DNA of 64,000 nucleotides from Candidatus Micrarchaeota archaeon (lineage in GTDB: Archaea; Micrarchaeota; Micrarchaeia; Micrarchaeales; CABMGC01): NCBI GenBank assembly GCA_021792095.1, contig JAJYVH010000001.1:677155-741154 (forward strand), in the 5' to 3' direction. Positions 33,879 to 43,742 of this stretch are shown piece after piece (position 1 is the stretch's first letter; every line of letters begins with the position of its first letter). A program made the position numbers and the translations under genes. Under the pieces are notes generated by a model, which was not told the DNA's origin, searched no databases, and saw only the letters and a list, made by a program, of their open reading frames with translations.

Positions 33879-34904
33879 GTGTTATGGGTGGCAGACGAGT
33901 TCGACTACGACGCATTCACGCCAAAAGTTGCAGTAGCAGGGGTCGGCGGGGCCGGGAGCAACCTTGTGAACAGGCTCTTCAGCAACAACATAAAGAGCGC
34001 CACCACTATAGCGGTGAACACTGACCTTGCGCACCTCAACATGATCAAGGCGCACAGGAAGGTGCTCATAGGCAGGGAGCTCACCAACGGCCTCGGAGCC
34101 GGAGGATTCCCCGAAGTGGCGGCGAAGTGCGCAGACATGAGCAAGGGAGACATAGAGAAGGTGCTCGAGGGCTACAACCTGGTGTTCGTAGTGGCCGGAA
34201 TGGGCGGCGGCACCGGCACCGGGGCCGCGCCAGTGGTCGCAAGGGCGGCCAGGGAGCTGGGCGCCACAGTCATAGCCACAGTAACGTACCCGTTCGCGCT
34301 GGAGAGGAGCAGGAAGCAGAAGGCGGAGTGGGGCATAGAGCAGCTGAGCAAGGAGGCAGACGCTGTGATAGTGGTCGAGAACGAGAAGCTGCTCGAGTAC
34401 GTGCCGAACCTGCCGATGGAGAAGGCGTTCGAGCTCTCGGACAACATAACCGGCAACGCTGTCAAGGGCATAGCCGACACCATAATGCTGCCGAGCCTCA
34501 TCAACCTGGACTTCGCGGATCTCAGGACAGTGGTCAGGGAGACCGGCACGGCCGTGATCAGCATAGGCACGGGCACGGGCACAGACAGGGTGGCGCAGGC
34601 TATAAAGAGCACACGCACGCACCCGCTGCTCACAGTGGATTACGAGGGCGCGAAGGGCGCGCTCATACACGTGTCCGGCGGCAGCGACCTCACCATAGAG
34701 GAGGCCACAAGGATAGGCGAGGGCGTGACCGAGGAGCTCGCTGCGGATGCTAACGTGATATTCGGGGCCAGGCTCATACCTGAGCTTCGCGACCAAGTAA
34801 GGGTCATGTCCATAGTGACTGGAGTGAAGGCGAAGTTCGGAGTGAAGAAGAAGCTTGAGGAGACTGAGCGCCTGGGGATGGAGGCACTGGAGCAGATACT
34901 GTAG
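33879..34904 (+). CDS. ftsZ: cell division GTPase FtsZ (paralog 2)
   Basis: GVGGAGSNLVNRL and GMGGGTGTGAAPV. The GTG start lies 7 nt after the paralog 1 stop. Confidence 0.9.
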   Translation: MLWVADEFDYDAFTPKVAVAGVGGAGSNLVNRLFSNNIKSATTIAVNTDLAHLNMIKAHRKVLIGRELTNGLGAGGFPEVAAKCADMSKGDIEKVLEGYNLVFVVAGMGGGTGTGAAPVVARAARELGATVIATVTYPFALERSRKQKAEWGIEQLSKEADAVIVVENEKLLEYVPNLPMEKAFELSDNITGNAVKGIADTIMLPSLINLDFADLRTVVRETGTAVISIGTGTGTDRVAQAIKSTRTHPLLTVDYEGAKGALIHVSGGSDLTIEEATRIGEGVTEELAADANVIFGARLIPELRDQVRVMSIVTGVKAKFGVKKKLEETERLGMEALEQIL

Positions 34905-34959
34905 CCCCTGCCTTTTATTAACTTTCGTTGCCTAGTACCCTAGCTTTTACAGTGGTTTT

Positions 34960-35370
34960 TTGGCAGACGAGACAGGCTACAATCTGAAATCCGCGAAGGA
35001 GATAGGCAAGGGAAGCTTCGTGATAATAGACGGGATACCGTGCAGGGTGGTTTCAGTGGAGACGTCAGCGCCTGGCAAGCACGGCGCCAGCAAGGCCAGG
35101 ATAACGGCCATAGGCATATTCGACGGCTCCAAGAAGACGCTGCTGCTGAGCGGGCATTCAGAGGTGCCCGTGCCCGAGATACTGAAGAAGAGGGCGCAGG
35201 TGGTCTCGATAACGGAGAGCACGGCGCAGCTCATGGACCTGGAGACGTACGACATATTCGAGGTGCCCATACCGGAGGAGCTCAAGGGGCAGATAAAGGC
35301 GGGAGGGGAGGTGGAGACGATGGAGGCCATGGGCAGGCGCACCATAACCAAGGTAGTCGGAGGCTCTTAG
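34960..35370 (+). CDS. eif5a: translation initiation factor 5A (aIF5A)
   Basis: GSFVIIDGIPCRVVSVETSAPGKHGASKARI contains the hypusination loop (GKHG). TTG start. Confidence 0.9.
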   Translation: MADETGYNLKSAKEIGKGSFVIIDGIPCRVVSVETSAPGKHGASKARITAIGIFDGSKKTLLLSGHSEVPVPEILKKRAQVVSITESTAQLMDLETYDIFEVPIPEELKGQIKAGGEVETMEAMGRRTITKVVGGS

Positions 35371-35371
35371 A

Positions 35372-35773
35372 ATGGCGATAAAGGAGATCAAGGTAGCGAA
35401 CGAGGTGCAGAACAAGCAGCTGGGCAGGCGGGAGCTGGTGCTAGAAGTGACCAACGACGGCAGCACTCCGTCGCGGGCCGAGATCATCGACGCGGTGGCG
35501 GACAGGTTCAACATGAAGAAGGCAGACATAATGGTGATAAGGGTGAAGCAGGACTACGGCGAGAAGCGCAGCAGCGTCCTTGTGCACGAGTACGCCGACG
35601 GGAGCGCAGGGAAGCTGGCGCAGGCGCACATAGTGGCCAGGCACGAGAAGAAGCAGAAGGGAGACGCGGCTGCGGAAGCCAAGGAGCCTGCAAAGGGCGC
35701 CGGGGCCAAGGAGGCGGCGCCGAAGCCGGCGGAGAAGGCGGAGGAGAAGAAGGAAGCAGGCAAGGGAGAGTGA
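35372..35773 (+). CDS. rps24e: ribosomal protein S24e with K/A/E-rich C-terminal tail
   Basis: [13 protein letters not shown]...TPSRAEI is the S24e core. The tail is [41 protein letters not shown]. Confidence 0.85.
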   Translation: MAIKEIKVANEVQNKQLGRRELVLEVTNDGSTPSRAEIIDAVADRFNMKKADIMVIRVKQDYGEKRSSVLVHEYADGSAGKLAQAHIVARHEKKQKGDAAAEAKEPAKGAGAKEAAPKPAEKAEEKKEAGKGE

Positions 35774-35777
35774 TCGA

Positions 35778-35930
35778 ATGGCAGAGGACGCTAAGAAGAA
35801 AAAGGACGTGAAGGCATACAGGGCGCCTGCAAGGATATGCAAGAAGTGCGGGGCGCGCATGGCTGAGCACAGCGACAGGTTCGCCTGCGGCAGGTGCGGC
35901 TACACCGAGTTCAAGGAGCAGGGGCAGTGA
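35778..35930 (+). CDS. rps27ae: ribosomal protein S27ae (eS31) zinc-ribbon protein
   Basis: 50-aa ORF not in the track (<60 aa): [50 protein letters not shown]. It has a CxxC...CxxC motif and the conserved S24e-S27ae adjacency. Confidence 0.8.
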   Translation: MAEDAKKKKDVKAYRAPARICKKCGARMAEHSDRFACGRCGYTEFKEQGQ

Positions 35931-35934
35931 TTGG

Positions 35935-36663
35935 TTGGCGGCCAGAGCCACGGGCATGCAGTCAAAAGCAAAGAAGGCGGCCTACTTCACGCTGATACTG
36001 TTCTTCATAATGTTCCTGTTCAGCGTGGCCGCGGAGGGCATCTACTACGCGTACCTGCTTGCTACAGGCGTCAGCGCCCAGGGCGCGTACCAGCTGCTCC
36101 AGTCCAACACCGCTATGCTCGAATACGTGCTCACCGCGGCCGCCTCGTTCTCGTTCTCCGCAGCGGCGCTGCTCTACCTGCGTTTCGTGGACAAGAGCAG
36201 GAAGCCACTCTCGGTCAGGCTCGGGCTATCCGCCAGCAGGCTAACGTTCCGGAACATAGGCTTGGGCCTGCTGCTCTTCGCCGTCATACTCGCCTTCGAG
36301 GCGCTGGTCTCCGCTGCTAGCGGGGCCGCAGGCGTAAGCATACAGACGAACGTCAACCTTCTGCTCACCGGGGCGCCGGCATGGTTCCTAATCTTCACTG
36401 TCTTCCTGGCGCCGATAAACGAGGAAGTGCTCTTCAGGGGCCTCATGGTGCCCAGGATAGGCATAGTGGCCAGCGCGATACTCTTTGCGCTGCCCCACAT
36501 AACCTACGATTCCACTTTCGCCATAGAGGTCATAGCCGCCCTGCTTTTCGGCGTACTGGCTGGCTACGTCTACAGGAAGACGGGCTCGCTCTACGCCAGC
36601 ATAACGGCGCACATGCTAGTCAACGCGCTGCCCGTATTGGCGCTCCTGCTGCTCAGTGTGTAG
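35935..36663 (+). CDS. CPBP-family intramembrane metalloprotease (CAAX protease/Abi)
   Basis: TM-rich protein with APINEEVLFRGLM (EExxxR) and FALPH (FxxxH). Confidence 0.8.
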   Translation: MAARATGMQSKAKKAAYFTLILFFIMFLFSVAAEGIYYAYLLATGVSAQGAYQLLQSNTAMLEYVLTAAASFSFSAAALLYLRFVDKSRKPLSVRLGLSASRLTFRNIGLGLLLFAVILAFEALVSAASGAAGVSIQTNVNLLLTGAPAWFLIFTVFLAPINEEVLFRGLMVPRIGIVASAILFALPHITYDSTFAIEVIAALLFGVLAGYVYRKTGSLYASITAHMLVNALPVLALLLLSV

Positions 36664-36664
36664 C

Positions 36665-37366
36665 ATGCCTGCGCGCTACAAGCTCATCCTGGTGGAGCCG
36701 AAGTACCAGGTGAACCTCGGCTACATGGCGCGCGTGGCAATGAACTTCGGCGTCAGGCGCCTCTACGTGGTGAGGCCCAGGGCCAAGCTCACGGGCAGGG
36801 ACGCTATAAAGTACTCGAAGCACGCGCGTGCACTCCTCGAAGGGGCGAAAGAGTACGGGAGCTTGGACGAGGCGCTGCGCGGCTGCGGGCTCGTGATAGG
36901 CACGACTGGCATACCTGGCAAGGCCAGGGCAGGCTTCAGGCGCATACAGTTCGCAGAGGACATGGCGAGGAGGCTAGGCTCGATGAAGGCGAACACGACA
37001 GTGGCGCTCCTGATCGGGAGGGACGACACAGGGCTCACGTCGCAGGAGATAGAGAGATGCGACGCCATGGCGTACATACCTACGCACCGGGAATACCCTG
37101 TGCTCAACATATCGCACGCGCTTGCCATACTGCTCTACCTGCTCAAGCGGGAGGGCATAAGGAGCGCGGGCGTGGCTGGCATGGAAAAGGAGGAGGCCGA
37201 CGAGGGCGAGACGAAGGCGCTGATGCGCGAATTCGGCAGGCTGATCGACGGCAAGAGGCTGAGAAACAGGCGCAGCGTGGCTAGGGTGTTCGAAAGACTG
37301 GTGAGGAACGCTCAGCCCAGCAGGAGCGAGCTGCACGCCCTGATCACTGCAATAAAGCAGGGGTAG
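36665..37366 (+). CDS. SpoU/TrmH-family RNA 2'-O-methyltransferase (TrmJ-like)
   Basis: YKLILVEPKYQVNLGYMARVAMNFG, LLIGRDDTGLTSQEIERCD and YPVLNISHALAILLY are SPOUT knot motifs. Confidence 0.75.
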   Translation: MPARYKLILVEPKYQVNLGYMARVAMNFGVRRLYVVRPRAKLTGRDAIKYSKHARALLEGAKEYGSLDEALRGCGLVIGTTGIPGKARAGFRRIQFAEDMARRLGSMKANTTVALLIGRDDTGLTSQEIERCDAMAYIPTHREYPVLNISHALAILLYLLKREGIRSAGVAGMEKEEADEGETKALMREFGRLIDGKRLRNRRSVARVFERLVRNAQPSRSELHALITAIKQG

Positions 37367-37376
37367 CGCTGTAGCG

Positions 37377-37763
37377 CTACTGCTTCGCCATCCCGGCCTT
37401 CTTCCTCTTTATTATCTTCACTTTGGCCGGAGTTATGAGCACCCGCGTGTCGTCTATCTGCGCTATGTCGCCGTTTATCTTCGCGACGTAGTCCTTCAGC
37501 GCAGTGAGCACGTTGTTCCTTGTGTTGGGCCTCTTCGCGAGCTCCTCTATGCTGAGCAGCAGTATGTTCTTCTTGCCAAGCTCATCCTCTATGAACTTAA
37601 CTTCGTCCTCGCTCGATATTGTCACGGGCTTCACATACATGTCCGCTGGCTCGTGCATCATGTCGACGTCGTCCATCTCGGCGCTGTTCATGTACTCCTC
37701 AATGTTCATCTCCTTTGAGGAGGTAACACCAAATGCTTGTCCTAGCTTGTCAAAAACTCCCAT
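37377..37763 (-). CDS. sepF: cell division protein SepF
   Basis: MGVFDKL..., then KPVTISSEDEVKFIEDELGKKNILLLSIEEL...NGDIAQIDDTRVLITPAKV is the SepF/DUF552 core. Confidence 0.75.
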   Translation of the reverse strand: MGVFDKLGQAFGVTSSKEMNIEEYMNSAEMDDVDMMHEPADMYVKPVTISSEDEVKFIEDELGKKNILLLSIEELAKRPNTRNNVLTALKDYVAKINGDIAQIDDTRVLITPAKVKIIKRKKAGMAKQ

Positions 37764-37944
37764 GGTTTTCACCGGTCGCAACCATATATGTTATGCATCA
37801 GCTTTTTAATCTTTTCTTTGCGGCGACAATAGTGGCGGGCACGTGGACAAAGGGGTTTGACATCAATTTTATGCGCTGCGAGCGCTGGTTGCGTTGCAAA
37901 GAAAGAAGCCGCAGGCATGTCTTTCTCGAGACAGCAGCCATGGA

Positions 37945-40059
37945 TCAGAGCCGGACCTGGTCCAGTATCCTGTTCGCTATCTCCTTCCCGAACAGCCTCT
38001 CCACCTTCTCCGCAGATCCGGGCAGCCTCAGGTCGGAGACGCGCCTTATTCCGCTGTCGTACATCAGCCTTGCCCTCACCCTTCCCACCTGCTCCAGCCT
38101 GACTAGATCTAGCAGCTCCCTGCGTATCCCGTACTTGGCGCGCACCCTGAGCTCCAGCAGCCTGGTAGTGTTGAGGTGCGAGAGCTTCGCGAGCTCAGAA
38201 GCGGCGTACAGGAGCCAATCCGCGTTGGTCTGCTTGGCGAAGAGGACGCCTGGCGTGGTGCCGTAGCTCTTGACTATGTCGCGCTCCTGTTTCTCCTCCA
38301 TCCAGTCCCGCAGCATCAGCGCTGTGCTGAGCGGCTTTACAGGATCGTAGTAGCTGTAGGAATCCTCGAAGTTGGCGCCAGTGCCCTCCAGCATGGACTC
38401 GTAGTCGAAGAACAGCTCGTTGGCCTCCTCTGTCGTGCGCACATACGGCCTCATCTCGGCCGTGTTGCAGACGGCGAACAGGTAGGCCACCTCGTCCTTC
38501 GCCTTCGGCAGCGCGTCTAGCAGCCACCTGGCTGAGAGCGGGTCTATGTATAGCTCGCTTATCCTCTGGCCTATCCTCGTGGGCGCGTAGACGCTGCCCT
38601 GCCTGGCTATGAAGCCCCAGTTCTCCAGCTGTTTCAGCACGTCGGTCAGCAGCTCGTCGAGCTCGCGCGTGTTCGAGAACTGGAAGCCGTACAGCGTCTC
38701 GCTGAGGAAAGAGAGCATGCCTTCCCTGGTCTTAAGCATCTGTGTGGCTACGAAGCCGAGCACATGCATGCGCAGGACGGGCAGCACCCCGAGCTTGGAG
38801 CGTATGGGCTCGAGCTCCGAGTTCATGTAGTGCTCGTAGAGATCCATTATCTCCGACCTGCTCCTGGCTATGAGGAGCGCCCTGCCCTCGGTGTCGTACT
38901 TCGGCCTGCCAGCGCGGCCGAAGAGCTGCGTAACCTCGTTGACGCTGAGCTTCTCGGAGCCGAAACCCTCGCTGTACCTGCTCGTGTCCCGCACGAGCAC
39001 TGTGTGCGCAGGCATGTTGACGCCGTAGCCGAGCGTGGTGGTCGAGCATATCACCTTCAGCAGGTTATTCTTGAACGCATCCTCCACGAGCCTGCGCTGC
39101 GCGTTGACAAGGCCGCTGTGGTGGAAGGCTGCGCCCCTCGCGACCACCTTCGCGAGCCTCTCGCACTGCACCGTGGGCCTGCCGAGCGCGTGCAACACAT
39201 CGTCGCTGAGCCTGGCCAGCCGCTCCCGCTCCGTGTCGGTGAGCGTGGGGCCCACTATGCGCGCCGCCTTCTCGGCGCTCGACTCTGCGTTGCGCCTGGT
39301 GCTAAGGAACACAAGCATCTGCTTCTTCCTAGCTAGCGTGTCCTGCACCACCCTGGACTCTGGCATCGCGCTTGATCCTGCCAGGTCTTCCTCGCCCTCC
39401 AGGTAATAGGCTTTGCCGTCGAAGACTACGCCCCTGTCCAGCCTGACCGGCCTGTATTCGCTTTCCACGAGCCTTGCCTGCAGCCATGCGGCGAGCTCCT
39501 TCGCGTTGCCTATGGTCGCGCTGAGCGCTATAAGCTGCGCGTGCCCGCAGAGCCTGCGCAGCTTGGCGATAAGCACCTCCAGCGTGGGGCCCCTGCCCAC
39601 ATCGTCGAGCATGTGCACCTCGTCGAAGACTACGCAGCCCACGCTGTCGAGCCAGTCCAGCCCGTGCCTTATCAGGCTGTCGAACTTCTCCGTGGACACG
39701 AATATTATGTCGTAGTCCGCCAGCCACCTGTCCAGCGAATCCAGGTCGCCTATTGACATGGCGATCCTGACGAACGGGTAAGCTGCCTTGAACTCCTCGA
39801 ACTTCTCGCTGACTAGCGCGCGCATGGGCGCCACGTACACTGCCTTCTTGCCGTAGCCCAGCACCCAGCGCAGCATCGCGAGCTCAGCTATGAAAGTCTT
39901 GCCGCTGGCCGTGGGGGAGGCGACGACCATGTTCGTGCCGTCGAGCAGCCCGTGCTTTATGGCGAGCTCCTGGGGCGGTGTGAGGCTCCTTATGCCGCGC
40001 TGCGCTATGGAATCGAGCATCTCGCCGGGCACGCGGCCCTTCAGCTCATTCGCCTGCAT
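37945..40059 (-). CDS. hel308: Ski2-like DNA helicase Hel308
   Basis: 704 aa with Walker A ASPTASGKTF and FDEVHML (DEVH). SF2 motifs are followed by the winged-helix/ratchet-like C-terminal half. Confidence 0.85.
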   Translation of the reverse strand: MQANELKGRVPGEMLDSIAQRGIRSLTPPQELAIKHGLLDGTNMVVASPTASGKTFIAELAMLRWVLGYGKKAVYVAPMRALVSEKFEEFKAAYPFVRIAMSIGDLDSLDRWLADYDIIFVSTEKFDSLIRHGLDWLDSVGCVVFDEVHMLDDVGRGPTLEVLIAKLRRLCGHAQLIALSATIGNAKELAAWLQARLVESEYRPVRLDRGVVFDGKAYYLEGEEDLAGSSAMPESRVVQDTLARKKQMLVFLSTRRNAESSAEKAARIVGPTLTDTERERLARLSDDVLHALGRPTVQCERLAKVVARGAAFHHSGLVNAQRRLVEDAFKNNLLKVICSTTTLGYGVNMPAHTVLVRDTSRYSEGFGSEKLSVNEVTQLFGRAGRPKYDTEGRALLIARSRSEIMDLYEHYMNSELEPIRSKLGVLPVLRMHVLGFVATQMLKTREGMLSFLSETLYGFQFSNTRELDELLTDVLKQLENWGFIARQGSVYAPTRIGQRISELYIDPLSARWLLDALPKAKDEVAYLFAVCNTAEMRPYVRTTEEANELFFDYESMLEGTGANFEDSYSYYDPVKPLSTALMLRDWMEEKQERDIVKSYGTTPGVLFAKQTNADWLLYAASELAKLSHLNTTRLLELRVRAKYGIRRELLDLVRLEQVGRVRARLMYDSGIRRVSDLRLPGSAEKVERLFGKEIANRILDQVRL

Positions 40060-40080
40060 GATGAATAGAAGCAGCTTTTT

Positions 40081-41127
40081 CTATAATAATCTTCTGTATT
40101 CCGCGAGCGTGCGGCGCACCATGCGCTCCCAAGTGAAGCCCCTTGCGTACTTTATGGCCTGCTTTGATGCGGGCTTTGGATCCGACGCCAGCTCTATCGC
40201 CTTCGCCGCTATCTCGTCTTCGGTGCCCTTGAAAGCGTACCTGCGCGTCTCCTCAGGTATGGTCGCATCCCTGAGCGTAAGCGCGTTAGTGCCGCACGCC
40301 ATGGCCTCCAGCACAGTAAGCCCCTGCCCCTCGTACTTCGAGAGGTGCAGGTATGCGGCCGCCCTGCTCATGTACTCAGCGACTATGTGGTCGTCCGCCC
40401 TGTAGTGGAGCATCACGTTCCTCTCAGAAACGTGCTTCAGACCCTGCATCAGAGACGCAAGCATCTGCTGCGCCCCGGGGCTGGAGGTGAATATGTGGAG
40501 CCTGGACTTCCTTGCCTCCGCTATCCTGTCGAAGACGCGCAGCAGCCCTCCGAGATTCTTGTGCTTCAGGTGTATCGTGCCCAGGTACACGAAGTCGTTC
40601 CGCTCGCCCTGCCATATGCGCGTGCGCAGATAGGCCTCGGACACGCCGAGCGGTATCACCACGTGCCTCTTGGAAGCGTCGTAGAGCCCGTACCGCCTCA
40701 TATTGCTTTTCAGCTCCTTCAGAGTCTGGGAGCTGTTGCATATGTTGGTATCTGTATCGGCATAGTTGCCCGTCGCCATGCGCCTTACTATGCCTGCAGC
40801 TATGTTGAAGCTCTCCGTGAACCTTGGCCTGTAGCGCTGCTGGCTCCCGCTCCTGTACTTCGAGAGCAGCCTTAGGTCGTGCCACATCGTTAGCATCTTC
40901 GCCCTGCCCTTCCTCACGCGGAGCACGTCGGGATACATCAAGTGCACTATGTCAGAGCCCGTTATTATGGCGGGGTAGAAAGGACGCACCGTCTTGGGCA
41001 GCGTGTAGGTGGCTATAAGCTTGGTGACCGCCTTGTCCCTGACTCCCTTGTACACCTCTGCCGAGTACCTACTTATGCCGTCGTTGGCTGAAAGGTCGAA
41101 ATCGCGGCCCACGAGCGTAACCCTCAT
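40081..41127 (-). CDS. GT4-family glycosyltransferase
   Basis: 348 aa. YEGQGLTVLEAMACGTNALT carries the E-x7-E motif of retaining GT-B enzymes. Confidence 0.75.
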   Translation of the reverse strand: MRVTLVGRDFDLSANDGISRYSAEVYKGVRDKAVTKLIATYTLPKTVRPFYPAIITGSDIVHLMYPDVLRVRKGRAKMLTMWHDLRLLSKYRSGSQQRYRPRFTESFNIAAGIVRRMATGNYADTDTNICNSSQTLKELKSNMRRYGLYDASKRHVVIPLGVSEAYLRTRIWQGERNDFVYLGTIHLKHKNLGGLLRVFDRIAEARKSRLHIFTSSPGAQQMLASLMQGLKHVSERNVMLHYRADDHIVAEYMSRAAAYLHLSKYEGQGLTVLEAMACGTNALTLRDATIPEETRRYAFKGTEDEIAAKAIELASDPKPASKQAIKYARGFTWERMVRRTLAEYRRLL

Positions 41128-41236
41128 ACTGCATGCACTACGAGTTATGTTGCCAATGCAACCTTTTTATTACGGGTGTGTGAAGAGAAGAGCAGAGCAG
41201 AACCAATTTTAAACCTTGAACACAGGGTATATGCGT

Positions 41237-41308
41237 GCCCCAGTAACTCAGTGGCAGAGTGCGAGTTTTGTAAACTCGAAGTCGAGGGTTCGACCCCCTC
41301 CTGGGGCT
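41237..41308 (+). tRNA. tRNA-Thr (anticodon UGU)
   Basis: Same cloverleaf as the tRNA at 5521-5592. The anticodon stem is CGAGT/ACTCG with loop TTTGTAA, and the T loop is TTCGACC. Confidence 0.85.
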
Positions 41309-41511
41309 AACGTTGAATTCGGCGGGGAGTTGAACTGTTTGGAGTGAATCCCTACAAGGGATATAAAACTTCGTGAACCCTGATTCCGAAGACACACTTT
41401 AGATAAAACTGCCACTAAAAGGAAATGCATCAATACCTAGAAAGAGTAAATAAGATGGGGATCCTATGGAAAGAGATAAGGCAGAATTTGAACTGGGAAA
41501 AACAATGGTAA

Positions 41512-41646
41512 GAAAGCTCGATAAAGGCGAAGAAGAGGAATTCTTCATATATTTTCAAAAAGAATGGTTTCCGGATTGAAGGACTTTTGAGAGAACCTTA
41601 CAAAGAAAATGTTGACAGCTTATTTCTAGGAAAGAGACTTGCTTGA
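41512..41646 (+). pseudogene. 3' remnant of a GNAT acetyltransferase gene
   Basis: A 44-codon frame ending at TGA 41644-41646 reads ...SSYIFKKNGFRIEGLLREPYKENVDSLFLGKRLA. This is the typical GNAT C-terminus (K.GF..EG). There is no start codon and no motif A upstream. Confidence 0.45.
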
Positions 41647-41653
41647 TGAGACT

Positions 41654-41761
41654 ATGGAAAACGGAGTATTATTATCCATCTTGCCTGAATGGGCAGACGC
41701 AATATTAGCCGAAACCAAAAAATGGGAGTACAGACGAATTCCACCCGGCATTTCTGAAGGC
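41654..41761 (+). pseudogene. 5' remnant of an ASCH-domain gene
   Basis: MENGVLLSILPEWADAILAETKKWEYRRIPPG matches the ASCH N-terminal strands. The frame then loses similarity and runs into the next gene. Confidence 0.4.
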
Positions 41762-41837
41762 AGCACCACAACCTACAAAGGCTGTGGATTAGGAAACGCG
41801 TTAATAAACTTTGACAGCAAGAGGCAGAGCGAACAAA

Positions 41838-43052
41838 ATGAGAGAGACATATCTGGTTTTCGTGGACCACAGATTCAGCAGGCTAGCGGAGCAGGAATTG
41901 GCCTCCGCGCTTCCGGGCTGCAAGCTCGAGCCGCATCGGATCCGCAACAACGATAAGCTCAACACAGTCTTCTTCAAGGTAGAGGCACCCACGACCGACC
42001 TTCCCGCCAGAATAAGGGAGAGCACCTCCTCGTTCGTGGATTTCGTGCTGCCTGTGGACGCGGTTCTGGACACGAAGGACACGGTGGACTACCTGAAGAT
42101 CGAGGACGCGGCTTCCGCTGTGCTAGCCGGCAATAAACGCACATCATTCAAAATAGAAGTGAAGAAGGCGGGCCTTGCTGCAGATGAGACTGCGAAATCG
42201 ATCGAGGTGCGGCTGGGCGAGGAGCTCGAGGAACGCGGGTACAGGGCTGACCTTAAGACGCCGGAGCTGATGGTCTACGTGATACTTCTTGGCAAGTCTA
42301 CTATAATCGGGCACGTAGGCGCAAAGACGCAGAAAGACCGCACCCTTGACGCGTTCAGGCGCGCTAACAGGCAGGGAGGGGATCGCGTCAACAGAGCGGA
42401 ATTCAAGATAGAGGAAGCTATTGACTTCTTCGGAATAGACCTAGGCAAGCATAAGATGGCCCTAGACATCGGTGCCTCACCCGGCGGATGGACCCACTAC
42501 TTATCCCAGCACGGAATCAAAGTTGTTGCCGTAGACAATGCGCTCCTGAACTACGAAAAGGTAAGCAAAGGCAAGAAAGTGCTGGTAATGGCAGATGCAG
42601 CAGATGTGCCTGGGATTCGAAAGATGCTCGCGGACAACAGGCTCGGCGGGAACGTGTTGGTCAAAGGAATTGGCGAGGATGCTGATTTCAGCGATTATGA
42701 CATAATTCACATAAAGGCAAACATGGAGCGAGACAAGAGAATCGAACTGCTAAAGAGGTTTGGAGAGTTTGACATTCTGACAATAGACACCAATACAGCG
42801 CCACCGGAGAGTTCTGCGATCGCAAACTCTCTAGCGGGCCTGCTGGGCCCGGGGGCACCGCTGGTCATGACCATCAAACTACCAACAAGCGCCTTTAGCA
42901 AGCATATCTCTAGTGCTGAGACAGGGCTCTCTAAGAATTACACATCCATATCTTTGAAGAAGCTCCCGCACAATAGAAGGGAGCTTACGGCATACGGAAT
43001 ATGCAACGCACACAGGACACAACAGCTTCCCGAATCCATACGCGGTGTCTAA
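41838..43052 (+). CDS. THUMP-like domain plus FtsJ/RlmM-like SAM-dependent RNA methyltransferase
   Basis: The N-terminal half resembles a THUMP/ferredoxin-like fold. The C-terminal half has NRAEFKIEEAIDFF...ALDIGASPGGWTHYLSQHGIKVVAVD (FtsJ motif I). Confidence 0.65.
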   Translation: MRETYLVFVDHRFSRLAEQELASALPGCKLEPHRIRNNDKLNTVFFKVEAPTTDLPARIRESTSSFVDFVLPVDAVLDTKDTVDYLKIEDAASAVLAGNKRTSFKIEVKKAGLAADETAKSIEVRLGEELEERGYRADLKTPELMVYVILLGKSTIIGHVGAKTQKDRTLDAFRRANRQGGDRVNRAEFKIEEAIDFFGIDLGKHKMALDIGASPGGWTHYLSQHGIKVVAVDNALLNYEKVSKGKKVLVMADAADVPGIRKMLADNRLGGNVLVKGIGEDADFSDYDIIHIKANMERDKRIELLKRFGEFDILTIDTNTAPPESSAIANSLAGLLGPGAPLVMTIKLPTSAFSKHISSAETGLSKNYTSISLKKLPHNRRELTAYGICNAHRTQQLPESIRGV

Positions 43053-43099
43053 ACGCGGAGGGTTGCTCACTTGGCTACGTTTCCGGATGACCCAAAAAG

Positions 43100-43534
43100 G
43101 TGTCATTTTTTAAATCCTCGAGTAGAGGTTTAAATGATGCAATGCGCTTGAGAGAAAGACTAATTGTCTTGGGCATACTGGCGCTAGCCATGGCAATTCT
43201 GGTTGCCGTTAATGCCTCCGGCATAGCCATAATCGTTCTGGTGGCTTTCCTCGCGATTTCAGGGATATATGTCGCATGGGTGCTCTTCCTGATTCTGTGT
43301 ATCGCACTAGGGATCACGTTCCTGCTCGTGGCTTCTGCAGCGCCAGCGGCAATCGCATTTTGGCCTGTTGTGCCGATTGCGGCAGTCGGCCTGACGCTCT
43401 ATAGGATGTATCAGTTAGGTAAGGATCCAACCGGGATTTCGCTCACAGCGAAGGAAAGCGAAAAACAGAAACGCGCAAACGAGTACGCGGATAACTTGCT
43501 CGAAGAGGCAAAGAAGAAAAAGAAAAGCCAATAG
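43100..43534 (+). CDS. membrane protein (3-4 TM) with charged C-terminal tail
   Basis: 144-aa ORF with long hydrophobic helices and a K/E-rich end. No known motif. Confidence 0.45.
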   Translation: MSFFKSSSRGLNDAMRLRERLIVLGILALAMAILVAVNASGIAIIVLVAFLAISGIYVAWVLFLILCIALGITFLLVASAAPAAIAFWPVVPIAAVGLTLYRMYQLGKDPTGISLTAKESEKQKRANEYADNLLEEAKKKKKSQ

Positions 43535-43556
43535 GCTGCTTTGAGGAAAGGGTCGC

Positions 43557-43742
43557 TCAGCCGTACATTTTCTTCTTCATCCAATATCCATACACAATGT
43601 AGCCTGCAATGAAGAACACAAATATTAGTTCAAAGAGCCCCACGCTGATAACTTTTGACGACATGCCCAAAAGGGCGAATACCAGAACAAGCAACCATAT
43701 GAAGTAAAAATATTTTACGAATACCTTCTTTATGTCGACCAT
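43557..43742 (-). CDS. small two-TM membrane protein
   Basis: 61 aa, two hydrophobic helices, AT-rich gene. Confidence 0.35.
   Translation of the reverse strand: MVDIKKVFVKYFYFIWLLVLVFALLGMSSKVISVGLFELIFVFFIAGYIVYGYWMKKKMYG

Noticed and set aside
41138-41433. Two minus-strand ORFs (85 and 61 aa)
   Set aside because: They overlap the tRNA-Thr(UGU) gene on the opposite strand and have no coding support.
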